Source of the DNA: Firmicutes bacterium UBA4053
Lineage (GTDB): Bacteria > Bacillota > Desulfotomaculia > Desulfotomaculales > Nap2-2B
Assembly (NCBI GenBank): GCA_002382125.1
Contig: DFZP01000032.1
Coordinates: 1-33,263 of the forward strand
Direction of reading: 5' to 3'
DNA length: 33,263 nt
Below, one piece after another: positions 8,851 through 17,452 of this stretch (positions are counted from its first letter, which is position 1; each line of letters opens with the position of its first letter). The notes under the pieces were generated by a model. It was not told the DNA's origin. It did not search any database and saw nothing but the letters and a program-made list of their open reading frames with translations. The translations under genes and the position numbers were made by a program.

Positions 8851-9709
8851 CCCCGACCATATCCGGCTTGAAGATCAGGTAGCTATCCTCTCTAACCTGC
8901 ATGTCTTTTGTTTCTATATGAACAGATAAAAGGACAGACTCCAGTACATCCTTGGAGACCTGAAGGCTGTACGTTATTGCCTCCTTTAAGGAGGCGCCCA
9001 TAGCTACTAATTCGGCGATCATTAAACTATGCCTGGTGGAAACCGGAATGGGAACCTGGGAATCACCTCTTAGCTTATGAACGATTCTTAAAATAGTTGA
9101 GGCATCTTCTTCTTTAATGCCTGTTTTCAAAACAAGAACTTTCCGTTCCACGGCAAAAGGGAGGTAATCCATGTTAATAACGTAAAATCTGTCGCGCAAG
9201 GCCACGTCTAACGCTTCTGTGCCGGTGTATTCCTCGCCCTCGTTCATGGTGGCAAAAAAGACTATTTCTGGAGCAACTTCAACCAATCCCAGTTCGTCTA
9301 CCCAGATACATCTATCTTCAGATAAAACGGAAAACAGCTCGTTTAAAGCTTTCGGATGTTCTGGTCTGTTTATTTCTTCCAGATGAATTATGCACCGGGG
9401 TGTGGAAATAGCCTTTGGGAAGAGAAATTCCTGATAATAGGTTTCTCCGCCTTTGAGTCCGTGTTGCCCAAAAAGTTGGCCCGGCTCGGAAAGCAGGCCT
9501 ACCTGGAATACAGCCAGCGGGCGATTATAAAAAGAAGCAAATTGACGCACCAGAGAAGATTTTCCACACCCCTGCCTGCCGGTAATTAAGACGTTGATCG
9601 GGTGCTTTGAGGATAGCTTTTCCATTCTATCCAAGGCATTGATAACCTCTTCGGGGGCGAAAAAAAAAGCATCCAGCGATGGAACTCTTAGTTGTTTGCT
9701 ATACTGCAT
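8825..9709 (-). CDS. AAA+ ATPase, AAA_5 (MoxR/CbbQ/NorQ/CobS-like) family
   Basis: Walker A GRQGCGKSS (nt 9557-9580). Walker B region CIIHLEEINRPEHPKALNELFSVLSEDR. Sensor region FFATMNEGEEY. Arg-containing ALRDRF. ATG 9709 lies 5 nt after AGGTGA, while the ORF opens at GTG 9718. Confidence 0.85.
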   Translation of the reverse strand: MQYSKQLRVPSLDAFFFAPEEVINALDRMEKLSSKHPINVLITGRQGCGKSSLVRQFASFYNRPLAVFQVGLLSEPGQLFGQHGLKGGETYYQEFLFPKAISTPRCIIHLEEINRPEHPKALNELFSVLSEDRCIWVDELGLVEVAPEIVFFATMNEGEEYTGTEALDVALRDRFYVINMDYLPFAVERKVLVLKTGIKEEDASTILRIVHKLRGDSQVPIPVSTRHSLMIAELVAMGASLKEAITYSLQVSKDVLESVLLSVHIETKDMQVREDSYLIFKPDMVGGDGCGQPA

Positions 9710-9747
9710 ATATATCACCTGTACCTTATAAATTTTTTATTTCGCCC

Positions 9748-9775
9748 ATTTTAACATTTTTAAATTTTATGTCAA
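9748..9775 (-). promoter_or_regulatory. candidate sigma-A-type promoter for the ATPase/VWA genes
   Basis: The minus strand reads TTGACA (9775-9770), a 16-nt spacer, then TGtTAAAAT (extended -10, -10 hexamer at 9753-9748). This is about 40 nt upstream of ATG 9709. Confidence 0.45.
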
Positions 9776-9807
9776 GATGTTTTTTTGAGTGATATTTCAC
9801 TGCGGCC

Positions 9808-10518
9808 TCACCAGGCAAATATATGACGTCCGATTTGGGTCAGGATATTTCGTGTCCAGATCCAGGTGTTCACTGTCTTGGACGGGTTCCAGAAATAAAT
9901 TGCGCCTCCGGTTGGGTCCCAGCCGCTCATGGCCATCAAGGCTGCCCTGAGTGCTTCCTGGCTTACCGGCCGGTTGTACTGCCCGTTGCTTACCGATTCG
10001 AAGGCGCGGGGCTGGTAAATTACACCTGGCAGGGAATGAGGAAAAGCTGCGCTGCGCGTCCGGTTAAGGATTACCGCTCCTACTGCTACCTTTCCCATAA
10101 AGGGTTCATCTGCCGCCTCTCCTTCTATTACCCGGGCCAGTAAATAAGTTTCATCCCGGTTGCTGATCCCGCGTGATACGCTTACAGGCCCAGGTAGATG
10201 GTAGTTACCGTAATCATAGGAAAATCCCAGTGCCGCCCACGTATTCGGACCTGCTATGCCATCCGGCGCCAGTCCGTTGCGAAGCTGGAATTTGATCAAT
10301 GATTGCTGAGTTATACTGCCAAAAACACCGTCCACCGGTCCGGAGTAGTACCTCCATGACGCTAACTGTTGCTGAAGGCGAATTACATCATCGCCTGAAA
10401 GACCCCAGTATATTGTTCTATACTGGGCAGGAGCTTTTTGCGGATCCAGAAAAAAAATGCTTCCCGCCAAAACAAAAAAGGCAATAAGTAAAAAGATGGT
10501 GTGTTTATATTTATTCAT
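9808..10518 (-). CDS. sleB: spore cortex-lytic enzyme SleB (PG_binding_1 + Hydrolase_2 domains)
   Basis: Signal/TM sequence at the N-terminus. Peptidoglycan-binding repeat GDDVIRLQQQLASWRYYSGPVDGVFGSITQQSLIKFQLRNGLAPDGIAGPNTWAALG. Catalytic domain YLLARVIEGEAADEPFMGKVAVGAVILNR...YQPRAFESV...IYFWNP. Confidence 0.9.
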   Translation of the reverse strand: MNKYKHTIFLLIAFFVLAGSIFFLDPQKAPAQYRTIYWGLSGDDVIRLQQQLASWRYYSGPVDGVFGSITQQSLIKFQLRNGLAPDGIAGPNTWAALGFSYDYGNYHLPGPVSVSRGISNRDETYLLARVIEGEAADEPFMGKVAVGAVILNRTRSAAFPHSLPGVIYQPRAFESVSNGQYNRPVSQEALRAALMAMSGWDPTGGAIYFWNPSKTVNTWIWTRNILTQIGRHIFAW

Positions 10519-10624
10519 TTTATGACACTGCTTCTCCTTTCTGTGATTATTTAGCAGTCAACTGTCAGCCGGCTCATTTTATAGTTATAGTTTTTCATCA
10601 GGGCTGGTTTTATATGTACAATGA

Positions 10625-10654
10625 TTGAAAGACCTGCCTTATGAATGGTATAAT
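10625..10654 (+). promoter_or_regulatory. candidate sigma-A promoter of lepA
   Basis: TTGAAA (10625-10630), 18-nt spacer, TGgTATAAT (extended -10, -10 hexamer at 10649-10654). This is about 45 nt upstream of ATG 10698. Confidence 0.55.
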
Positions 10655-10697
10655 GCAAATGCGGTTTGTTTTGGGATAGAGGAGGTTTTGTGCTTAA

Positions 10698-12506
10698 ATG
10701 AGAAGAGAGCAGGAGTTAATCCGTAATTTTTGTATTATTGCCCACATCGATCACGGAAAGTCTACCCTGGCAGACAGGTTGCTGGAGTTTACCGGCGCCC
10801 TGAGCAAAAGGGAAATGATGGAGCAGGTTTTGGATCAGATGGACTTGGAGCGCGAGCGGGGTATTACCATTAAAGCACAGGCGGTACGTCTTGTTTACCG
10901 GGCGCGTGACGGCAAGGAATATCAGTTGAACCTTATTGATACTCCCGGTCATGTGGATTTTAATTACGAGGTGTCCCGCAGTCTGGCTGCCTGTGAAGGC
11001 GCTTTGCTGGTGGTGGACGCTGTCCAGGGTATCGAGGCGCAGACACTGGCCAATGCTTATCTGGCTATTGAAAATAACTTGGAACTTATTCCTGTAATTA
11101 ATAAAATTGATCTACCGAATGCCGAGCCGGAACGGGTAAAGAAGGAGATCGAAGAAATGCTCGGACTCGATTCATCCGGGGCCGTGCTGGTCTCCGCCAA
11201 ACTGGGAAGCGGGATAGAAGAAGTATTAGAGCAAATAGTGGCTAAAATTCCTCCTCCCGGTGGCGATTGTAATTCTTCACCCCGGGCGCTTATTTTTGAT
11301 TCTCACTATGATTCTTACAAGGGTGTTGTTGCTTATGTGCGGGTTGTCGATGGTTCGCTATGTACGGGCATGCAGATTAAGGCAATGTCCTCGGGCAAGG
11401 AATTTGAGATTAATGAGGCAGGTATTTTCCGTCCGGCGATGACTCCCACAGGAGAGTTAAAAACAGGAGAAGTGGGCTTTATTGCAGCCAGTATCAAGAA
11501 CGTAAAAGATACACGCGTGGGAGATACAATTACTGCTGCCGGCCATTCTGCTGCCGAACCCCTGCCTGGTTACCGTAAGGTAACGCCCATGGTTTATTGT
11601 GGTCTTTATCCTGTAGAGACGGCAGACTACGACGATTTGCGTGATGCTCTGGAGAAGTTGCAGCTCAACGATACGTCTTTGGTTTTTGAGGCGGAAACTT
11701 CCGTCGCCTTAGGCTTTGGTTTCCGGTGTGGTTTTTTAGGCCTTCTGCACATGGAAATTGTTCAAGAACGCTTAGAGCGTGAGTACAGGCTGAATCTGAT
11801 TACCACTGCCCCCAATGTGGTTTACAGGGTTATAACTACTACCGGTGAGACAATGGAGATAGAAAATCCCAACAGGCTGCCTGCTGCGGGCAGGGTGGAA
11901 GAAATGGAGGAGCCCTTTGTTGTAGCTGTGATTATGATGCCTAAGGAATATATAGGTGCGGTGATGGAGCTTTGTCAGGAACGGCGGGGCGTTTTTAAAA
12001 ACATGGAGTACCTGGGAGAAAACCGCGTTATGCTTTCTTATGAACTTCCTTTGAGCGAGATCATCTATGATTTTTTCGATCATTTGAAGTCCCGGACCCG
12101 GGGATACGCTTCTTTGGATTACGAACTTTCAGGTTACCGGGAGGGCAGGCTGGTCAGGCTGGATATTATGGTCAACGGCGAGCCTGTGGATGCGCTTACC
12201 TTCATTGTACACGCCGATAAAGCGTACCAGCGCGGGCGGCATTTAGTAGAAAAATTGCGCGGCCTTATACCCAGGCACCTTTTTGATGTGCCTGTCCAGG
12301 CAGCTATCGGCAACAAGGTAATTGCGCGGGAAACCGTTAAGGCCAGGCGTAAAGATGTGCTGGCCAAGTGTTATGGTGGAGACGTTACCCGCAAGCGCAA
12401 GCTTTTAGAAAAGCAGAAAGAAGGCAAAAAGCGGATGAAGCAGGTAGGCAACGTAGAAATCCCCCAGGAAGCTTTCATGGTGGTGTTGGATACCAGGGAC
12501 GAGTAA
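10698..12506 (+). CDS. lepA: translation elongation factor 4 (LepA)
   Basis: GTPase motifs [18 protein letters not shown]. The LepA-specific C-terminal region is present ([12 protein letters not shown]..., [16 protein letters not shown]). RBS GGAGG at 10681-10685. Confidence 0.97.
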   Translation: MRREQELIRNFCIIAHIDHGKSTLADRLLEFTGALSKREMMEQVLDQMDLERERGITIKAQAVRLVYRARDGKEYQLNLIDTPGHVDFNYEVSRSLAACEGALLVVDAVQGIEAQTLANAYLAIENNLELIPVINKIDLPNAEPERVKKEIEEMLGLDSSGAVLVSAKLGSGIEEVLEQIVAKIPPPGGDCNSSPRALIFDSHYDSYKGVVAYVRVVDGSLCTGMQIKAMSSGKEFEINEAGIFRPAMTPTGELKTGEVGFIAASIKNVKDTRVGDTITAAGHSAAEPLPGYRKVTPMVYCGLYPVETADYDDLRDALEKLQLNDTSLVFEAETSVALGFGFRCGFLGLLHMEIVQERLEREYRLNLITTAPNVVYRVITTTGETMEIENPNRLPAAGRVEEMEEPFVVAVIMMPKEYIGAVMELCQERRGVFKNMEYLGENRVMLSYELPLSEIIYDFFDHLKSRTRGYASLDYELSGYREGRLVRLDIMVNGEPVDALTFIVHADKAYQRGRHLVEKLRGLIPRHLFDVPVQAAIGNKVIARETVKARRKDVLAKCYGGDVTRKRKLLEKQKEGKKRMKQVGNVEIPQEAFMVVLDTRDE

Positions 12507-12528
12507 ATTTTATTTGTTGGCGATCAAG

Positions 12529-13464
12529 TTACTTTTTCACCAGTTCGTCCAGGGTTTTGAATGTATATCCCTGGGCTTTAATGTCCTTGATTATTCTTTC
12601 CAGGGATTCCGTGTTGTCTTTGGATACTGCATGTAAAAGAATGAGTGCGCCGCTATGCACATTATCCATTACCGACTGGTAGGCTTCTTCCGGTCCACCC
12701 GGCATGGGTACCCAGTCTACCAGCGCCAGGCTCCAGAAAATGTTATAGTAGCCGAGGGCTTTAGTTTCGGTCAGGGTTTTTTCACTATATTCTCCTTTGG
12801 GTGGGCGCAGGTAGATCATCTTTTTGCCGGTCAATCTGAAGAAGTCTTCTGCTAATTGTCCGATCTCCTTTTTGACTTCTTCGCCTGTCAAGTCCGGCAG
12901 GCAAGGGTGATTTACCGTATGGTTGCCTACAATATGCCCTTCTTGTACCATCCTTTTTACCAGTTCCGGCTGAGATTTCAAGTAATGCCCGGTAATAAAG
13001 AAGGCTGACTTTACATTTTGTTCTTTTAAGATGTCTAAAATTTTTGAGGTGTATCCGTTTTCATAGCCCTCGTCAAAAGTCAGATAAACAGCTTTTTCTT
13101 TAGGATCGCCTATCCAGTAAGCGTCATACAGGGCAAGGGTATCGCAAATGCCGGCCGGTACCTCGGGTTGTTGGTGATTGCCTTTTTTCTTGATTCCCCA
13201 ACCATATTTTTTGTCGGGTAAGTTACCTGTCGTAGTGGTTTTTTGTACGTCTTCGTTTTTTGGCGTGGGGGCTGTGTATTTTTTATTTCCATAGCTGTTT
13301 TGGGTAGTACTGCTTTTCAGATCAGTTGTTTGTGTTATATTATTTCCATAGCTGGTTTTGTCTGCCGAACTTTCTTTCCAGGTGGGCAGGTGGTTCCTGC
13401 CGGCGTAGCCGGCAATGCCAGCCACCAATAGGATTACTGCTAGAACCAACAGCTTTCTCCTCAA
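12529..13464 (-). CDS. pdaA: polysaccharide deacetylase, delta-lactam-biosynthetic de-N-acetylase PdaA-like
   Basis: NodB-fold motifs YLTFDEGYENGYT, GNHTVNHP, LRPPKGEYS, as recalled for sporulation PdaA. N-terminal TM plus a low-complexity Thr/Lys-rich linker. TTG start at 13464 with RBS GGAGGT. Confidence 0.8.
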   Translation of the reverse strand: MRRKLLVLAVILLVAGIAGYAGRNHLPTWKESSADKTSYGNNITQTTDLKSSTTQNSYGNKKYTAPTPKNEDVQKTTTTGNLPDKKYGWGIKKKGNHQQPEVPAGICDTLALYDAYWIGDPKEKAVYLTFDEGYENGYTSKILDILKEQNVKSAFFITGHYLKSQPELVKRMVQEGHIVGNHTVNHPCLPDLTGEEVKKEIGQLAEDFFRLTGKKMIYLRPPKGEYSEKTLTETKALGYYNIFWSLALVDWVPMPGGPEEAYQSVMDNVHSGALILLHAVSKDNTESLERIIKDIKAQGYTFKTLDELVKK

Positions 13465-13671
13465 TGTTTATTACCTCCACTATGTTTTTATTTAAAAATT
13501 TTTAGATGTCTTTCAAGGATTAGTGTTGGCAAAGGGTAATGGCTTTATCCACCGTGTTTAAAGTTCGACATTATTCGATTAAATTCCTCTTAAATTCCTT
13601 TATTATTGCCGGGTTCGTTATCCACCTCCGTGATAGTCGTGATTTTATGGATTTTATAAGGCGTAATCTTA

Positions 13672-13700
13672 TTGACACAGACGAGATTTTTTGTTACTAT
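13672..13700 (+). promoter_or_regulatory. candidate sigma-A promoter of the tRNA cluster
   Basis: TTGACA (13672-13677), 17-nt spacer, TGtTACTAT (-10 hexamer at 13695-13700). This is about 55 nt upstream of the first tRNA. Confidence 0.5.
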
Positions 13701-13753
13701 AAATGTGCGTGAGTCAAAGATGTATCGGTTTGTGCTTTCAAATTGCCGGGGTT

Positions 13754-13829
13754 GCCGGCGTAGCTCAACTGGCAGAGCGGCTGATTTGTAATCAGCAGGT
13801 TATGAGTTCAAGTCTCTTCGCCGGCTCCA
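13754..13829 (+). tRNA. trnT: tRNA-Thr (anticodon TGT)
   Basis: Cloverleaf by eye. Acceptor GCCGGCG/CGCCGGC. Anticodon arm GCTGA-TTTGTAA-TCAGC. T-loop TTCAAGT, with one T-T mismatch in the T stem. Encoded CCA. Confidence 0.88.
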
Positions 13830-13937
13830 TTTTGGTTGTTGTGAGGCGGAAGGTAATATATCCTCTGGAGTAAGTAACAGGAAAGCGGAAGATAATTTTA
13901 TCAAGACCTCCGGCATCCGACGACTGACATCCATTAT

Positions 13938-14023
13938 GGAGGGGTTCCCGAGTGGTTAAAGGGAGCAGACTGTAAATCTGCCGGTTGTCGCCTTCGCAGG
14001 TTCGAATCCTGCCCCCTCCACCA
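13938..14023 (+). tRNA. trnY: tRNA-Tyr (anticodon GTA), long variable arm
   Basis: Acceptor GGAGGGG/CCCCTCC. Anticodon loop CTGTAAA. Long extra arm. T-loop TTCGAAT. Encoded CCA. Confidence 0.92.
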
Positions 14024-14110
14024 ACTCAGAAGTCAGAAGTCAGAAATCGGAAAAAAGTTGCGGCTCCGCAAAAACTATTACTCCGACATCTGACGACCAA
14101 CCTCAGTTAT

Positions 14111-14186
<76 letters not shown>

Positions 14187-14187
14187 T

Positions 14188-14263
<76 letters not shown>

Positions 14264-14273
14264 GTTTTAATGT

Positions 14274-14350
14274 GGCGGCGTAGCTCAGTTGGTTAGAGCA
14301 CGCGGTTCATACCCGCGGTGTCCGGGGTTCAAGTCCCTGCGCCGCTACCA
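14274..14350 (+). tRNA. trnM: elongator tRNA-Met (anticodon CAT)
   Basis: Acceptor GGCGGCG/CGCCGCT. Anticodon arm CGCGG-TTCATAC-CCGCG. T-loop TTCAAGT. Encoded CCA. It resembles the Bacillus elongator Met rather than the Ile2(CAT) type, though lysidine-Ile cannot be formally excluded by eye. Confidence 0.85.
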
Positions 14351-14358
14351 TAGAAATG

Positions 14359-14387
14359 CCGGTCGGGACGATCGGTGTTTTCTTTTT
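14359..14387 (+). terminator. Rho-independent terminator after the tRNA cluster
   Basis: 7-bp stem CCGGTCG / CGATCGG (one G-U pair), loop GGA, followed by TGTTTTCTTTTT. Confidence 0.6.
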
Positions 14388-14484
14388 ACCATATATTACC
14401 TTGTTTTCCTAAATAGGCACAATAACCCCTTGGGTTACTGATTTGTAAATTGAGGTAGCGACCGAATACAATCGAAATAAAAAA

Positions 14485-14667
14485 ATGAGCGTGAAAGAGC
14501 GTCTTCAAACCATGGAGGCTCTTTGGGATTCGTTTCTGGATGAAGAATCCGAAATTGAGTCACCAGAATGGCATCGGGACATTCTCGAAGAGAGAAAGAG
14601 AAAGATTAAAAACGGCAAAGCGGAATTCATTTCTCTTGAAGAGTTGAAGGCGAGTCGCAAATCGTGA
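14485..14667 (+). CDS. putative addiction-module antitoxin component (Unstab_antitox-like)
   Basis: 60 aa: MSVKERLQTMEALWDSF...SPEWHRDILEERKRKIKNGKAEFISLEELK. This matches the 'putative addiction module component' family as I recall it. Its stop overlaps the next ORF's start (GTGA). Confidence 0.7.
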   Translation: MSVKERLQTMEALWDSFLDEESEIESPEWHRDILEERKRKIKNGKAEFISLEELKASRKS

Positions 14668-14834
14668 AAATCAGAGATGTCGTTGCATTAAAAGAAGTCG
14701 CAAATGACTTGAGCGACGGGAAAGCCTTTTATGATAGAATAGAAGCAGGCGCTGGTGATTATTTTTGGGATAGTTTAGTTGCCGATATCGAATCCTTAAT
14801 AATCTATGCGGGTATTCATAATAACTACTGTTAG
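14664..14834 (+). pseudogene. truncated RelE/ParE-family toxin remnant (N-terminal about 56 codons only)
   Basis: My translation from GTG 14664: MKIRDVVALKEVANDLSDGKAFYDRIEAGAGDYFWDSLVADIESLIIYAGIHNNYC*. It resembles the N-terminal half of about 100-aa RelE/ParE toxins (...GxGxYFxDSLxxDIESLxxYAGIH...). It stops before the conserved C-terminal catalytic half, and I saw no continuation in other frames. Confidence 0.5.
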
Positions 14835-14898
14835 ATCTGCCGAAGGAAAACCAAAGGCAGGTAAGAGAGGCTTATGCTCAGTTCAAAAAAGCGGTCTG

Positions 14899-15636
14899 TT
14901 AGAAAAACATCCTGAGCATCTGAAAGTTACGCTTTACTTCGTTTTGCCCATGGACAAAGCTACCATATTCTGTGGAATGACCCGGAAGGAGATATTCCAC
15001 CTCCAGGGCAGATAGTTTTTCAATGCTTTTTCCCATGGCGCTTAAGCTCCCGCCGGGAAAATCTGTTCTGCCTATACTTCCGTAAAACGCCACATCTCCT
15101 GAAAACAACACCTTTTTTTCCGGCCAGTAAAAGCATAGAGAACCTGGCGAATGGCCGGGAGTATGCAGTACCTGCAGGGTAATATTTCCTAATTTCAATG
15201 TGCCTTCGCCCAGCAAAAAATATGGGTCAATTTTTGGTGGTTCGGTCCCCAGCAGAGCAAAAAAATTTTCGCCGGTGGCTAAAAAAAATTCATATTCTTC
15301 CTTTGAGAAGGCAATCAACGGTGATTCTTTTCCCCTGGTTCTTTGTGCCAAAGCTCCGCTTGCCGCACAGTGGTCGGGGTGGGAGTGTGTGTTGATGATT
15401 ATTCCTATTTCCTCGTCTTTGATTCCGTCTGCTTTTATTGCTGCTAGAAGTTGTTCAAAGCACGGCTCGCGAAATTCATTGACAATGCTTCCGGGGTCAA
15501 TGATCACATGAGGATATTCTCCTGGCAGAATGTCAGTCAGAAGATAAGAATTGCAGTTATTTCCCCTTCCCTGCCAGAAATAACAATATATATTAGCCAA
15601 TATTTTTACCGGTTTGTAAGAATCTGAGTGCAACAT
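14899..15636 (-). CDS. MBL-fold metallo-hydrolase (glyoxalase II-like)
   Basis: HxHxDH motif INTHSHPDHCAA, later HTPGHSPGS, GDVAFYGSIGRTDFPGG and LPGH. Strong RBS AAGGAGGAG before ATG 15636. Confidence 0.85.
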   Translation of the reverse strand: MLHSDSYKPVKILANIYCYFWQGRGNNCNSYLLTDILPGEYPHVIIDPGSIVNEFREPCFEQLLAAIKADGIKDEEIGIIINTHSHPDHCAASGALAQRTRGKESPLIAFSKEEYEFFLATGENFFALLGTEPPKIDPYFLLGEGTLKLGNITLQVLHTPGHSPGSLCFYWPEKKVLFSGDVAFYGSIGRTDFPGGSLSAMGKSIEKLSALEVEYLLPGHSTEYGSFVHGQNEVKRNFQMLRMFF

Positions 15637-15737
15637 AGCTCCTCCTTAGAAATATTTAAAATGTTCCTTTTAAAAGGATTATATTATAAAATAAGCTTGA
15701 AAGCTATAATTAGTTTATTTGAAGGAGATGACATAAA

Positions 15738-16286
15738 ATGAGCAAGATAAAAAGCGCCTGGGAAATTGCTATGGAGAAGGCGGCGAAACTTGAAGTAACT
15801 GCTGAAGAACTCCAAAAACAGGTGCAGGAAAAATGCCGGTTTGCCGGCGGGGCACTGGCTGACCGGTATTTAAATGATTTTGACTTAAAACAATTAAAGT
15901 CTGATCTGGAAAAGTATCAAAACGAAGAAAAGGATCTGGTGATTAAGGCAATAGTATCAGGGTTAATAGAGGCGCTCGAGTTGGGGAATTATGAAAAACT
16001 GGAAAAGGTAGCAGAAGGAATTTTTAACCTTACCGGGAATAAAAAGGTTAAAGAAACGAAAGGCAGATTATATATAATTTTTGATGGTTTTAAAAGTGCA
16101 GAACAGAAAAAAAGAAGGGAAATTGAAGAGTCGGGAAGAAAATTATTAAACCGCCTGGGGATTTCCGGTGAGGCTGTGGAAATTATTAATCCTGGCGGAA
16201 ATGAAGAATGGGTACGGGAACTGGAAAAAACTACCCGGCCATTTAAAGAAGAGTTCATAAAGATGAAGGAAGAACTGCTCGTTTAA
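15738..16286 (+). CDS. hypothetical protein, Lys/Glu-rich and predicted coiled-coil
   Basis: 182-aa ORF with RBS AAGGAGA before ATG 15738. It is co-directional with dprA. I recognise no catalytic motif. Confidence 0.6.
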   Translation: MSKIKSAWEIAMEKAAKLEVTAEELQKQVQEKCRFAGGALADRYLNDFDLKQLKSDLEKYQNEEKDLVIKAIVSGLIEALELGNYEKLEKVAEGIFNLTGNKKVKETKGRLYIIFDGFKSAEQKKRREIEESGRKLLNRLGISGEAVEIINPGGNEEWVRELEKTTRPFKEEFIKMKEELLV

Positions 16287-16340
16287 AGATCAGAAGGGGT
16301 TATTGAATGCCATTGACAAATAACGGCAGGAGTGAACATA

Positions 16341-17438
16341 ATGCAGGAAAAGGCTTATTGGCTGGGCTGGCAAATTATTCTTCCCGGCATGGCCAAGCGC
16401 ATCTGGAACTTAATTGAACGTTTTGGTTCACCTGCCGCGGCCTGGAACGCAACGGCAGGTGAGTTGGTAAGAACAGGCGGATGTTCTGTAGAAACGGCAT
16501 CTGCCCTGGACAAACGAAAAGCCGGCCTGGATTTGCAGATAGAACTGGACCGTCTTGAAGAAGCCGGTATAACCTACATATTATATGAAGAATCTTCGTA
16601 TCCTGAATTACTGAAAACTATTTTTGACCCGCCGCCCGGTCTTTTTATACGAGGCTCCTTATTGCCTGCTGACAGTCTGGCAGTGGCCGTTGTGGGTTCC
16701 CGCCGCCCCACTCCTTACGGACTTGCTGTGGCCGAAAAGATGGCTGAGGAGATGGCCCGGGCCGGTATAATCGTGGTCAGCGGCATGGCTCGCGGTATTG
16801 ATAGCAGTGCCCACCGGGGAGCGCTTAAAGCGGGAGGATGTACCATTGCTGTCTTGGGCTGTGGTCTGGATGTGGTTTATCCCCGCGAAAACCGGCGCCT
16901 GAAGGAAGACATTTCCTCCTGCGGCGCCGTAATAAGTGAGTATCCGTTGGGTTCTTTGCCGGAAGCGTGGCATTTCCCTGTGAGAAACCGTATTATTAGC
17001 GGTCTTTCTAAGGCAACGGTAGTGGTGGAAGCAGGTGAACGCAGCGGGGCATTGATCACTGCCGATTGTGCATTGGAGCAGGGGCGGGATGTGCTGGCCG
17101 TACCGGGCAATATCAGCAGTCCATTGAGCAAAGGACCCAACCGCCTGATTAAACAAGGTGCGCGCCTGGTGGAGAAAACAGAAGACATTTTGGAAGAAAT
17201 AGGGGTGGGTTCCTTGTTCGGGGCGGAAAACGGTAAAACACCATCCCTTCCGCAGTTGACTGAAGAAGAAGAAGCTGTTTACCGCTTGCTCTCGCATGAG
17301 CCGGTAGATTTAGATAAATTGGTTGCCCTGGCAAACTTGCCGGTACAGGAAGTTCTGGCAGCCCTGATGTTTTTGGAGATAAAAGGTCTGGTACGGCAGT
17401 TGCCAGGCAGGCTTTATGTTTTGCGGGGCCTGGCTTGA
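16341..17438 (+). CDS. dprA: DNA-processing protein DprA
   Basis: Rossmann-like core VAVVGSRRPTPYG...VVSGMARGIDSSAHRGAL...GCTIAVLGCGLDVVYPREN...FPVRNRIISGLS...VVVEAGERSGALITA, plus a C-terminal winged-helix-like tail. ATG 16341 follows GGAGTG, while the ORF opens at GTG 16332. Confidence 0.92.
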   Translation: MQEKAYWLGWQIILPGMAKRIWNLIERFGSPAAAWNATAGELVRTGGCSVETASALDKRKAGLDLQIELDRLEEAGITYILYEESSYPELLKTIFDPPPGLFIRGSLLPADSLAVAVVGSRRPTPYGLAVAEKMAEEMARAGIIVVSGMARGIDSSAHRGALKAGGCTIAVLGCGLDVVYPRENRRLKEDISSCGAVISEYPLGSLPEAWHFPVRNRIISGLSKATVVVEAGERSGALITADCALEQGRDVLAVPGNISSPLSKGPNRLIKQGARLVEKTEDILEEIGVGSLFGAENGKTPSLPQLTEEEEAVYRLLSHEPVDLDKLVALANLPVQEVLAALMFLEIKGLVRQLPGRLYVLRGLA

Positions 17439-17452
17439 AATTATGCCTTGAC

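Noticed and set aside
10765-10785. Partial matches to the repeat family: TCTACC...GCAGACAGG in lepA, and TGCGTGCAA...GGCAGG in dsrC at about 5471-5492
   Set aside because: Only the element ends match. The sequences encode highly conserved native peptides (GKSTLADRL in LepA, the GACKVAG arm of DsrC), so the resemblance is coincidental.
12507-12528. Terminator between convergent lepA and pdaA
   Set aside because: The 22-nt gap contains no convincing stem-loop. Termination signals, if any, must lie within the coding 3' ends.
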